From the NCBI GenBank assembly GCA_033853695.1, contig JAWOLH010000017.1, positions 105 to 64,104 of the forward strand: DNA of 64,000 nt, written 5' to 3'. Shown here one piece after another: positions 19,497 through 28,146 of the stretch. The translations under genes and the position numbers were made by a program. Source of the DNA: Gemmatimonadales bacterium. GTDB lineage: Bacteria; Gemmatimonadota; Gemmatimonadetes; Gemmatimonadales; GWC2-71-9. Position 1 is the first letter of the stretch; every line of letters begins with the position of its first letter. The notes under the pieces are model-generated. The model was given only the letters and a program-made list of their open reading frames with translations. It ran no database searches and was not told where the DNA came from.

Positions 19497-20311
19497 TCGT
19501 CCCACCTCAGCCATCCGCGCCGACGCACGGCGCCGGCCATCAGCTCGCGCGCCAGGATCGCCAGCACGAACCAGGGTTCCAGCAGATACCGTCTCCACAA
19601 TCGCCGCGGCGCAGCGACGAGCCGGAACGCCCATTCCATGCACATCGCCCCCGCCCAGCGCGGCGGCGTGGGTACGCTCCCGGCGGCGTACCCGATCGCA
19701 GCCCCGGCGGTGAGCAGCACGCAGGGAGGAAGCCCAGAGAGATTGTCGTGAATCCAGTGCTCCTGGCGCGGCATCCCCATGCCTACCATCAGGACGTGGG
19801 GCTCGAAATCATGGATGCGCCGCAGCACCGCCCGATTCTCGTCCCCGCCCCGGGATGGGTCGAAGAATCCCTGCAGCGCCTCGAACACCAGGCCCGGATG
19901 ACGGCAGCGCAGGGCGGCCGCGCCGCGCTGGGCCACGCCCGGCTGTTGTCCGATGTACATCACGCGCCATCCCCGGCGGGCGGCAGCGGCAAGCAACGGA
20001 TCGAGCCAGTCGACGTAGGTGACCCGGTGCTCACGCCGCAGCGGGAGTCCCAGGAGTCGGGCGGCGACGATGATCGACATGCCGTCGACGTGCACGACAT
20101 GCGCCCGCCGATAGAATGCGCGCAGCTTCTCGTCGCGCTGATGCAGATAGATGCTGTGGAGGTTGTGATTGGCGATGATGCGTCGCTCCCCCGAGCGTAC
20201 GCCCGCCGCCACCGTGTCGGTCAGCGCGTCGAGGGAGAGAGCGTGTACGCGCACACCCAGCAGCCGGTAGGACCGACCGATGCCCGGCTCGGCGACGGCG
20301 AGGGCAGTCAT
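19493..20311 (-). CDS. WecG/TagA/CpsF-family (GT26) glycosyltransferase
   Basis: YRLLGVRVHALSL, IIANHNLHSIYL, VHVDGMSIIVAARLLG, VGMGMPRQEHW motifs. ATGA overlap with the upstream gene. Confidence 0.85.
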   Translation of the reverse strand: MTALAVAEPGIGRSYRLLGVRVHALSLDALTDTVAAGVRSGERRIIANHNLHSIYLHQRDEKLRAFYRRAHVVHVDGMSIIVAARLLGLPLRREHRVTYVDWLDPLLAAAARRGWRVMYIGQQPGVAQRGAAALRCRHPGLVFEALQGFFDPSRGGDENRAVLRRIHDFEPHVLMVGMGMPRQEHWIHDNLSGLPPCVLLTAGAAIGYAAGSVPTPPRWAGAMCMEWAFRLVAAPRRLWRRYLLEPWFVLAILARELMAGAVRRRGWLRWDE

Positions 20312-22683
20312 CGGGGTGGTCGCTCCGGCGCGAGCACGATGCCCGGTGCGTGCGCCAGGCGCAGTGTGCGGCGAGACAGGACGATCAGGATCGCCCACAG
20401 GCTCACGGCGAGCGCCCCATCGGAGGCGATGCTCGCCCACGCCGCCCCGAGCCACGAGTACGCCGGAATCAGCACCAGGTTGAGCGCGATGTTCAGCACC
20501 GCCACGCCAATCTGCCCCGCCGTGCGCAGCTCCTGATGCCCGGCACCGGTCAGGGCATCGGCCGCGAAATAGTGCATCGCGCGGAACAGCGGCAGGATGG
20601 CGAGCCAGCGTATCGCCCCCACGACGCCGGTGAAGGAGTCACCCAGCACGACCGGCACCAGCGGGGCGAGTGCGAACAGGGCCACCCCGGCCAACAGGCC
20701 GTAGGCGGCGGCCGCCGGGACGAGGGCCCGCGCGAACCCCGCCGCCGCCCCGACACCCGTCGCACCGCGGGCGAAGAACCGCGGATAGGCGGCGAACACC
20801 AGCGACCGGATCGGGAGAAACGCCACGTCGATGATCCGGTAGGCGGCACCGTAGATCCCGGTCACACCAAGGGTATCGAACCGCGCCAGCATCGCCTTGT
20901 CGATGTCGTCGTAGATCGACCGGGCGCTCCCGCTGAGGGAGAACATCAGTCCCTCTCGCAGCTCGGCCTTGCCGAAGCTGGCGGGGCGCGGCGGCCACCC
21001 GACGCGTCGAGTGACCGCCACCACCGCGGCGAACGCGGCGCCCCCCGTCGACAGCGGATACAGCATCGCCCAGAGCCGGAGCCCCCCGCCCGGGACGATC
21101 GTCAGGGTCAGCGCGGCGGCGACCTTCAGGACGCTCCAGACGACCCACGTCAAGGCGGTGCGATCGAGCCGGTCGAGCGCCTGAAACGCCTGACCGCTCA
21201 CCTCGATGAGGGGGAGCAACACGACATCGGACACGGTGACACCGATGAGCAGCCAGAAGGGAATCCGGCCGTGCAACATCAGCCACCCGATCCCCACCAC
21301 GACCAGCGCGAGCGTTGCGCCGCCCCGCACGACCGTCAGCACCGCTCGACCCCACCAGTAGTCGGGCGTCTCGAGACCGCGCGTCACGCCACGAATCAGG
21401 AAGCTGCCCGCGCCCAGTGCGGCGAACGGCACCGCCAGGGAGACGGCTCCGAGCGCCGCCGCGTACGCCCCGTAGCCATCGGGTCCCAGGCGGCGGGCGA
21501 GCAGGAGGAAGTACACGAGCTGGGCGAGGAGACGGATCCCTTGTGCGCCGAGCATCCAGGCCGCTCCGGCAGCCAGGCCACCTTCCGGCAACCGGGTGAC
21601 GGACCGCGCCAGGCGCGTCGTCCGGCGCGCGACATCGCGCATACCGCTCAGATAGAAGTCGAGTCGAGCGACCGAGCACTCCGGTGGAATGCCGATGCGA
21701 GGAACGCGAAACCGCCCGGCCGCCAGCGGCCGTTGTTCCTGGAGAAACGCCGCGCGGTAGCCCGCCGCCTCCAGCACCTGCTCCTGACGGGGATGGCAGT
21801 CCGTCGTCCGATCGTACGGCATGCTGAAGAAGCGACACGGCGCGCCGAGCTGCGCACGGATCACGCGCGCGCTTTCCATGATCTCGTATCGGAGGTCCGG
21901 CTCCGAGAGCAGGGCGAGTTTGGCGTGTGAGACGGTGTGCGAGCCGATCTCCATGCCAATGTCCCGCGTGGCCCGGAGCTGGTCCCAGCACATGACGTCG
22001 AGCACCGTTCCGGGCCCGTCCATGTAGCGCAGCGCCTCGGGGTCGGGGTCTCGACCGACGACGGCGTGCATCCGGTCCAGCAGCTCCTGGCGTGCCGCGA
22101 CCGGAAGGTCCCACGCGGCAGACTCCACGTTCGCGAGCATCTCGTCGCTGTATGGACCGGGCTCGGCCGGGAGCCATGGCAGGAATTCGCGCAGGGCGCG
22201 CCACGTTCGCCGGTGCAGCGTCGGGTCGCAGAGCAGCAGAGCCGCCAGCCGCTCGTGCCACTGGAACCAGGGCAATCCCGCCGACGATCGCGTCACGCCG
22301 TCCGTGGGCGCCAGCAGGATCGCCCGCACGCCCTTGGCGGCGAGCACCGGGAGTGCCAGGTCGAAAACACTGCGACAGGCGTCGTCGATGGTGATCAAGA
22401 CGCCAGGGGGACGTCCGGCGGGCGTCGCCTGCCCCTCCAGCAGGGCGAGAAACTCATCCGGGTGGAGCAGATGACAGGCACGGCGGAGAAACGCCAGCTG
22501 CTGCTCGAGACGTTGTACCGACAGGGAGTTGCGGTAGAGGTAGGCGAAGCGTCCGTGCATGCGGCGCTCGTCGTCCACGAACCCATGGTAGGAGAGGACC
22601 GCAATCGAGCGACGCCGCGAGACGCGCAGCACGCGGAACGCGCCGACCCGGGCACTCCCCTCGATCGCGAGCTGCCGAAGCAT
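20308..22683 (-). CDS. Fusion of a polysaccharide deacetylase (CE4-like, N-terminal) and a Wzx-type oligosaccharide flippase (C-terminal)
   Basis: One uninterrupted frame. N-terminal ITIDDA, GSHTVSH and FFSMPYD (NodB-like motifs). From about MRDVARR onward there are 12 or more TM helices with a typical Wzx/polysaccharide-biosynthesis-protein N-terminus (LLAQLVYFLLLARRLGPDGYG). Confidence 0.75.
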   Translation of the reverse strand: MLRQLAIEGSARVGAFRVLRVSRRRSIAVLSYHGFVDDERRMHGRFAYLYRNSLSVQRLEQQLAFLRRACHLLHPDEFLALLEGQATPAGRPPGVLITIDDACRSVFDLALPVLAAKGVRAILLAPTDGVTRSSAGLPWFQWHERLAALLLCDPTLHRRTWRALREFLPWLPAEPGPYSDEMLANVESAAWDLPVAARQELLDRMHAVVGRDPDPEALRYMDGPGTVLDVMCWDQLRATRDIGMEIGSHTVSHAKLALLSEPDLRYEIMESARVIRAQLGAPCRFFSMPYDRTTDCHPRQEQVLEAAGYRAAFLQEQRPLAAGRFRVPRIGIPPECSVARLDFYLSGMRDVARRTTRLARSVTRLPEGGLAAGAAWMLGAQGIRLLAQLVYFLLLARRLGPDGYGAYAAALGAVSLAVPFAALGAGSFLIRGVTRGLETPDYWWGRAVLTVVRGGATLALVVVGIGWLMLHGRIPFWLLIGVTVSDVVLLPLIEVSGQAFQALDRLDRTALTWVVWSVLKVAAALTLTIVPGGGLRLWAMLYPLSTGGAAFAAVVAVTRRVGWPPRPASFGKAELREGLMFSLSGSARSIYDDIDKAMLARFDTLGVTGIYGAAYRIIDVAFLPIRSLVFAAYPRFFARGATGVGAAAGFARALVPAAAAYGLLAGVALFALAPLVPVVLGDSFTGVVGAIRWLAILPLFRAMHYFAADALTGAGHQELRTAGQIGVAVLNIALNLVLIPAYSWLGAAWASIASDGALAVSLWAILIVLSRRTLRLAHAPGIVLAPERPPR

Positions 22684-23324
22684 CAGGGTCCGGCCCTTGC
22701 GATGATGATGCCGACAGCCGAGATCCCGGCCGCCACGACGTATCCGCCGTTGCGGGAGAACCAGCTCCGCTCCGGCACGACGATCTGATCGCCCGAGCGC
22801 AGCTGCGGCAACAGCCGGGCGTTGAGATCGAGATGAGAGCCGACCTGATGTCCGTCGCGGAACAGCTGAACGCGTTTCAGCTTGCCCTGATCCGACGCGC
22901 CGCCGGCCAGGGCCACGGCATCGACGACGGTCATGGTCGGATCCACCCGGTACAGCCCGGGATTCTTCACCGCCCCGAGGATGCGGACCCGGCGCAGCAT
23001 CGTGATGCGGACGTCCTGGTTGCGGATCTGCTGCCCGTAGTCGGCCAGGAGGGACCGCTTCAGGTCCATGAGGGACTGCTGGCGGACGGTGCGAGTGCCG
23101 AGCAGCGGCAGGACCACGGTTCCGTCCTCCTCGACCGGAAAGTCACCGCCGAGCTCCGGCTCCCGCGAGAAGGCCAGCTGGATCGCGTCGCCCGGGGCCA
23201 ACGGCTCCGCCAGCGCTCCTCCCCCCTGTTCGGTATCGGCGACGACGGGTGTCTGGCCCATCCCCCTGGACACGGGGACGAGTAGCTGGACGGTGATGGC
23301 AATCCGCCAGAGCATGGTGTTCAT
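22683..23324 (-). CDS. Polysaccharide export protein (Wza-like, Poly_export + SLBB)
   Basis: Signal-like N-terminus. GDAIQLAF...GDFPVEEDGTVVLPLLG, ILGAVKNPGLY and GDQIVVP motifs. ATG 23324 overlaps the Wzc stop (ATGA). Confidence 0.85.
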   Translation of the reverse strand: MNTMLWRIAITVQLLVPVSRGMGQTPVVADTEQGGGALAEPLAPGDAIQLAFSREPELGGDFPVEEDGTVVLPLLGTRTVRQQSLMDLKRSLLADYGQQIRNQDVRITMLRRVRILGAVKNPGLYRVDPTMTVVDAVALAGGASDQGKLKRVQLFRDGHQVGSHLDLNARLLPQLRSGDQIVVPERSWFSRNGGYVVAAGISAVGIIIARAGP

Positions 23325-25729
23325 CGGACCCCTCCCACACGCGCCGCTTCCGCGTATTGATGGCGACTGACGTCTCCTTCGGGTCCGCGCACGTCGTTGA
23401 ACACGACGCCCAGGACCCGGCCGTTTACCCGGGCGAGACGCTTCAGGGTCAGCTCGAGCGCCTCCCGGTCGGTCACTGCTTCGCGAACCACGAGGATGAC
23501 CCCGTCGACGACGGCCGCGATCGCCGCGGCGTCGGTGACGCCGGTGAGCGGCGGCGTGTCGATCACGATCAAGTCGTACTGCGCCTTCGCCTGCTCGAGC
23601 AGCCGCCACAATTCGGGGGACTCGAGCAGCTCCGCGGAGTGGGGAGTGGGCGAGCCGGCGGGGACGACCGACAGCGTGTCCCGACCTTGTACGTGCAGCC
23701 TGGTGCACACCGTCGAGAATTCCGCCGAGCCCGCCAGCAGATCGCTCAGGCCGCAGTTGGGCGCGGGCGATCGGAAGAAAGCCGCCACGCCGCTCCCCCG
23801 CATATCGGCGTCGATCAGCAGGGTCTGGATGCCGTGACTGGCCCGCGTCAGCGCCAGGTTGCAGGCGGTCATGGTCTTGCCCTCTCCGCGCGAGGAGCTC
23901 GTCACGGCGATCGCGATCGGACCGCCGTTGGCCGGATGGCGGCCGGAGAATTTCAGATCGACGGCCAGGGCACGGAGCGCCTCCAATGTGACGTTGGCGT
24001 CCCGGAGCGCGCGCCCGGAGCGATGCTCTCGACGCGGGGGCAGCTGGTCCTGGGTGAACGCCTGCACCACCGGCCCCGGGCGGCGCAGCCGCGGGATCAC
24101 CGCCAGGACCGGGAGGCCGACCGTGCGCTCGACTTCGATCCGTTCGTGCAGTCGCGAATCCCGCAAGCCCCGCAGGATGGCCAGGGCGACCCCGGATCCC
24201 AGCCCCATCAGCAATCCGAGCGCGAGGTTGAGTGGGACCCGCGGTGCGGCGGGCTTGTAGGGGAGCGAGGCGGCATCGACGATGCGCACGCTGGGGAGCT
24301 TGACCGCCTCGGCCACTTCCGCTTCCTGCAGGCGCGTCTGCAACATCTGCCAGACGTCCTCGATCCCGCTTCGCTCCCGCTCGAGCCGCGCGGACTGGAC
24401 TTGCTCTTCCGGAATGGCCGCCAATCGGCGGCTCAGCTCGCTCTGCGTTCCGTCGAGCGACCGGATCTGGGCGGCGAGTCCCTCCTCGTAGCTCGACGCG
24501 ATGTCGTGCAGCTGCCGCTCGATGTCCGCGATGCGCGTATCGACCGCCGCCAGGTCGGCGTTTTGCTCCGTGCGCCGCAGCGCGAGATCCACGCGGCGGT
24601 TTTCCAGGTCGTTGAGGCTCGAGAGCAGCCCCGTCACGGCGTCGTTTTTCAGGAGCGCGGGAAATCCCGCGAGGTCGCGGAACCGCCGGCTCGTCCCCGG
24701 CGCCGAGTCGATCCCGAGAATCAGGTGCTGCAGGGCATCGTGTTCCGCCACCAGCTGGTCGCGCTGCGCCTCGACCTGAATGGCCTGCTGGGTTTCCCCC
24801 GAGGCCCGTTCGTCGAGGGCGACCGCCTGATGCCGGCGCGAGTACGCGGCGATGCTGTCCTCGACCGACCGGAGCTGGGTGCCCAACCGGCCCACCTGGT
24901 CGCGCAGAAACGAGGCCGTTGCGGTGGCGTCGGCGCGCTGCAAGTCCGTCCGCAACCGCATGTAGCTGCGCGAAATGCCGTCGCACAGCTGCTGCGCGGT
25001 GATCGGGGTGCCGCCCTTGCAGGTGAGCTCGATGAGGTCTGCCTCCCGATTCACGAGCGTGGCGGCGATGCGTCGCTGCGTATGCTCCACGGCGAGTGGG
25101 AACGGGTCGACGCGGATGCTCAGGTCGGACGCGTCGATCGACGGCGGCGCCTGGAGCCCGATCCCCGCGAAATGCATGATCGAATCGGAGGAGGCCACGC
25201 CGAGCAGAGTGTCGCCCGGCTCCGCGCGCACCTGCCACGCTCCGGGCCCTGTGGCCACGAAGCGGTATTCGCCGGCCCGGGCGTCGCGGCCGGCCGTGAA
25301 GAAGGGAAACACCTCACTGGGCCGGCGCTCCACCCCGTCGGCCTCCACGGTGACCTGCAGGGCGAGATCGTCGACCACCGGCTCCACCACGCTGCGACTG
25401 TTCAGCAGGTTGATCTCGGTCTCGATCTGTCCCACCGCTCCGAGCCGCTCGAGCACGTCCAGCGCGGGTGAATCCTGGCCGCCCTGCTTCTCGACGAGAA
25501 ACGTCGTGGAGGACTTATAGGTCTGCGGCCAGAGCCACGTCAGCACGGCCGTCGTGAGGAGCACCAGGACCGTGCTCCACACGATGGACCAGCGGCGCCG
25601 GCGGAGCATGGGCCCGATGCGCTGCATCTCGGGCGGCCGGGTGACCTGCAGCGACCGGCCCGTGCGGGAACCGGAGCGTGGCGCAGGCAGTGGGCCCTGA
25701 CCCCGGACTGTGGGCAAGTGTGTGCTCAT
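23321..25729 (-). CDS. Chain-length determinant / Wzc-GumC-like co-polymerase with C-terminal P-loop ATPase (BY-kinase-like)
   Basis: Wzz-type N-terminus with a TM helix, a long coiled-coil periplasmic region and a second TM. Walker A SSSRGEGKT, A' LLIDADMR, B DLIVIDTPP. ATG 25729 overlaps the upstream stop (ATGA). Confidence 0.85.
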   Translation of the reverse strand: MSTHLPTVRGQGPLPAPRSGSRTGRSLQVTRPPEMQRIGPMLRRRRWSIVWSTVLVLLTTAVLTWLWPQTYKSSTTFLVEKQGGQDSPALDVLERLGAVGQIETEINLLNSRSVVEPVVDDLALQVTVEADGVERRPSEVFPFFTAGRDARAGEYRFVATGPGAWQVRAEPGDTLLGVASSDSIMHFAGIGLQAPPSIDASDLSIRVDPFPLAVEHTQRRIAATLVNREADLIELTCKGGTPITAQQLCDGISRSYMRLRTDLQRADATATASFLRDQVGRLGTQLRSVEDSIAAYSRRHQAVALDERASGETQQAIQVEAQRDQLVAEHDALQHLILGIDSAPGTSRRFRDLAGFPALLKNDAVTGLLSSLNDLENRRVDLALRRTEQNADLAAVDTRIADIERQLHDIASSYEEGLAAQIRSLDGTQSELSRRLAAIPEEQVQSARLERERSGIEDVWQMLQTRLQEAEVAEAVKLPSVRIVDAASLPYKPAAPRVPLNLALGLLMGLGSGVALAILRGLRDSRLHERIEVERTVGLPVLAVIPRLRRPGPVVQAFTQDQLPPRREHRSGRALRDANVTLEALRALAVDLKFSGRHPANGGPIAIAVTSSSRGEGKTMTACNLALTRASHGIQTLLIDADMRGSGVAAFFRSPAPNCGLSDLLAGSAEFSTVCTRLHVQGRDTLSVVPAGSPTPHSAELLESPELWRLLEQAKAQYDLIVIDTPPLTGVTDAAAIAAVVDGVILVVREAVTDREALELTLKRLARVNGRVLGVVFNDVRGPEGDVSRHQYAEAARVGGVR

Positions 25730-27294
25730 TGTGCTCCCCTGCCATGGAGGACGGCCGGAATCGTCTTCAGCAGAATCAGGCCGTCGAGGCGTAGTGACCA
25801 CTGGTCGATGTACTCGAGATCGAGCTGGACCCACCGCTCGAAGCTCACCTCGCTGCGCCCGCTGATCTGCCACAGGCAGGTGAGGCCGGGCGGCATGCTG
25901 AAGCGCCGCATCAACCACCCCTCGCTGAAGCGGCCCACATCGCGAATCGGGAGCGGACGCGGACCGACCAGCGACATCTCACCCCGGATCACGTTCCAGA
26001 GCTGAGGCAGCTCGTCGAGGGAGGTCCTGCGCAGGAAGCGGCCAACCCGGGTGATTCGTGGATCGTTGGCGATCTTGAAGACCGGGCCCTGCGCTTCGTT
26101 CTGCTGCTCGAGCGCCGCCTGTTGGGCCTCGGCATCGGTCACCATCGTGCGGAACTTGTACATGCGGAACAGGCGCTTGTTGAGCCCGAAGCGCTGCTGC
26201 TCGAACAACGCCGGGCCGGGACTCGTGAGTGTGATGACCGCCGCGATGACGAGGAGGACGGGCAGCAGCAGGATGAGACCGAGCGCCGCGCCCACGACGT
26301 CGATGATGCGTTTGATCACGAGCCGGAAATCGTCCTGCACGACCTTGACGGTGCGGAACGCCGGCTGCTCGTACCCGACGTGCCCCAGCGACGGCTCGAA
26401 GATGTCCGCGAGGTAGGTGGATTGAACGCCCAGCCGCTCGCAGGTATGAATGACTTCCTGGATCCGCTCGTAGCAGGACTTGATGGGCAGCGCGATGAGG
26501 ACCTCGTCCACCACCCGGTGGATGAGCACCGATTCGAGGTCCGTCAGGACGCCGAGCCAGCGTGGAAGGTGCCGGGAGGGCGTCGGCGTCTCGTGGACGT
26601 CCATGAACCCGATCAGCGACGCGCCCGGGCCGTCCGCACCCTTCGCGCTGCGGAGCACGCGACACAGCGCCTGGGCCCGGGGACCACTGCCGACGACCAG
26701 GACCTCCCGCGGGCGCCGCCCCGAGAGCGACGTTCCCAGCGCGCGGACCACCCGGCGCGCGACCAGAATGACGGGAACCGACAGCGCCCAGAACAACGAC
26801 ACCGTTTCGCACGTGAACGACCCCGACACGCTGAAGAGGCGAAACAACAGGGTGGGCAGCGCGCCGAGCGAGGACGCCGCGGCGATGCGGGTCAGCTCCT
26901 CGCGGGACGCGGCGACGCGCCAGCGACGGTACAGTCCCAGCCAGGTGAACGCGCGATTCCAGCAGACGGCGAAAACCAGCAGCAGCAGGATCTTCTCGAC
27001 CGTTATCCGCAGGGCCAGGAACTCGCCCAGGCCGTGCGGGAGGTCGCCGAGGTTGACGACGACCAGGGCCCCGCACAACGCGATTCCCGCAGCCAGTTGG
27101 TCGCCCACCTTGAGCGCACGGTACACGAACGCCGATGCCGACCGTGCCGGCCCGATGGGCCACGTCCAGCGGCGCAGGCTGGGGAGAGCCCGCACGGCCT
27201 CCCATTCAACCGTCGTCACGCACCGCCCGGGTGAAAGGAAATAGGAGGGCCCTCGTGCCACATATGCACGAACCTCGGTCGAGTGGGTTTTCAC
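25726..27294 (-). CDS. Polyprenyl-phosphate sugar phosphotransferase (WbaP/EpsB-like priming transferase)
   Basis: C-terminal bacterial sugar transferase domain: KRIIDVVGAALGLILLLP, RFGLNKRLFRMYKFRTM, DELPQLWNVIRGEMSLVGPRP. N-terminal TM helices. The start (GTG 27294) is uncertain. Confidence 0.85.
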   Translation of the reverse strand: MKTHSTEVRAYVARGPSYFLSPGRCVTTVEWEAVRALPSLRRWTWPIGPARSASAFVYRALKVGDQLAAGIALCGALVVVNLGDLPHGLGEFLALRITVEKILLLLVFAVCWNRAFTWLGLYRRWRVAASREELTRIAAASSLGALPTLLFRLFSVSGSFTCETVSLFWALSVPVILVARRVVRALGTSLSGRRPREVLVVGSGPRAQALCRVLRSAKGADGPGASLIGFMDVHETPTPSRHLPRWLGVLTDLESVLIHRVVDEVLIALPIKSCYERIQEVIHTCERLGVQSTYLADIFEPSLGHVGYEQPAFRTVKVVQDDFRLVIKRIIDVVGAALGLILLLPVLLVIAAVITLTSPGPALFEQQRFGLNKRLFRMYKFRTMVTDAEAQQAALEQQNEAQGPVFKIANDPRITRVGRFLRRTSLDELPQLWNVIRGEMSLVGPRPLPIRDVGRFSEGWLMRRFSMPPGLTCLWQISGRSEVSFERWVQLDLEYIDQWSLRLDGLILLKTIPAVLHGRGAQ

Positions 27295-27527
27295 GAGCTC
27301 CGCGGCACGTCGACGGACGTGAGGGAGTTACGAGACGGCGGGCGACGGGTAGCGGACCGCAACCGGTCGCGAGACGGCGTACAGGCGTGCTACCGATCTC
27401 CGCGGAAGAAGATCCCTTCGAAAGACATTTTCGCGGTTCGAATCGCGGGACCGGACTTCACGCCGGTGCTGTCGAGCGGGATACCGAAGCGGGTGTGCGG
27501 CTCGTCACACAGCAGCGGTGCAACAGA

Positions 27528-27556
27528 GCAGGCACCTCCGAGCCGAAGGTGCCTGC
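27528..27556 (-). terminator. Stem-loop just downstream of mscL
   Basis: GCAGGCACCT-N9-AGGTGCCTGC (10-bp perfect stem) lies 11 nt after the mscL stop. It is followed on the minus strand by a weak T-containing tract. Confidence 0.5.
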
Positions 27557-27566
27557 CAGCGGGTCG

Positions 27567-27866
27567 CTACTTGGCCGGGCTAACCTTCATGACCTTGGCG
27601 ACGAACACGTACACGACGTACGCGATGATGAGAAAATCCACGGCCGTGCCGAGCACATCGCCGATCTTGAGGGGATCGTGTCCGGTGCCGAGAGAAATGC
27701 TGAACTCGCGCCAGGCGCCGCCGGGCAGCACGAGGGACAAGAGCGGCATGATGATGTCCTGAACCAGAGCAGTCACGAGCTTCTGGACGGCACCGCCGAC
27801 GACGACGCCGATCGCCAGGGCGAGAGCGTTCGTCTCCATGAGAAACTTCTTGAACTGCTCGAGCAT
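27567..27866 (-). CDS. mscL: Large-conductance mechanosensitive channel (short form)
   Basis: MLEQFKKFL...ALALAIGVVVGGAVQKLVTALVQDIIMP matches the MscL TM1 region. Second TM AVDFLIIAYVVYVFV. GGAGGA RBS upstream. Confidence 0.85.
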   Translation of the reverse strand: MLEQFKKFLMETNALALAIGVVVGGAVQKLVTALVQDIIMPLLSLVLPGGAWREFSISLGTGHDPLKIGDVLGTAVDFLIIAYVVYVFVAKVMKVSPAK

Positions 27867-27875
27867 GCGTCCTCC

Positions 27876-28022
27876 CTATTTCCGTTTCTCGGCTTTGCTC
27901 TTGCGCTTGATGTCGGCCCGGTGGGCACGCTCATAGGTCTGGATGTCCTTGAAGCGGCCCTTCGCGTCCCGCACGGCATAAAGCTTCTTGCCGGAGCTGG
28001 AGCGGTGCGTCGTACGTTTCAT
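27876..28022 (-). CDS. Small highly basic protein (48 aa), function unknown
   Basis: ATG 28022 preceded by GGGAG. MKRTTHRSSSGKKLYAVRDAKGRFKDIQTYERAHRADIKRKSKAEKRK. Its stop abuts the mscL RBS. Confidence 0.5.
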   Translation of the reverse strand: MKRTTHRSSSGKKLYAVRDAKGRFKDIQTYERAHRADIKRKSKAEKRK

Positions 28023-28146
28023 GTCGGCTCCCGGTTGAAGAACGGAACTGGGTGGACCAGACAAGCATGGTGCGAGGATGATGGCACCGCAAGAATGGAA
28101 TCAGGATGAATTCGGTGCGTGTGAATCCGCGCCCCGAAGGAGTGCC

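Noticed and set aside
22683-25238. Upstream extensions of track ORFs: 22683-25238, 990-3206, 3210-4985, 15014-17479, 29891-30907, 43717-44925, 47692-48585.
   Set aside because: The recognisable protein begins at an internal start that coincides with the stop of the upstream gene (ATGA/GTGA overlaps). The extensions cross the neighbouring gene in another frame and translate to R/P/G-rich nonsense.
27340-27360. GGGTAGCGG looked superficially like an ops/JUMPstart (GGCGGTAG) antitermination element upstream of the EPS operon.
   Set aside because: It is on the wrong strand relative to the operon and does not match the 8-nt core.
28023-28146. Spacer between ccdA and the small basic ORF, examined for a terminator or structured RNA.
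   Set aside because: No convincing stem-loop or U-tract was found. It probably just contains the promoter for the small ORF-mscL pair.
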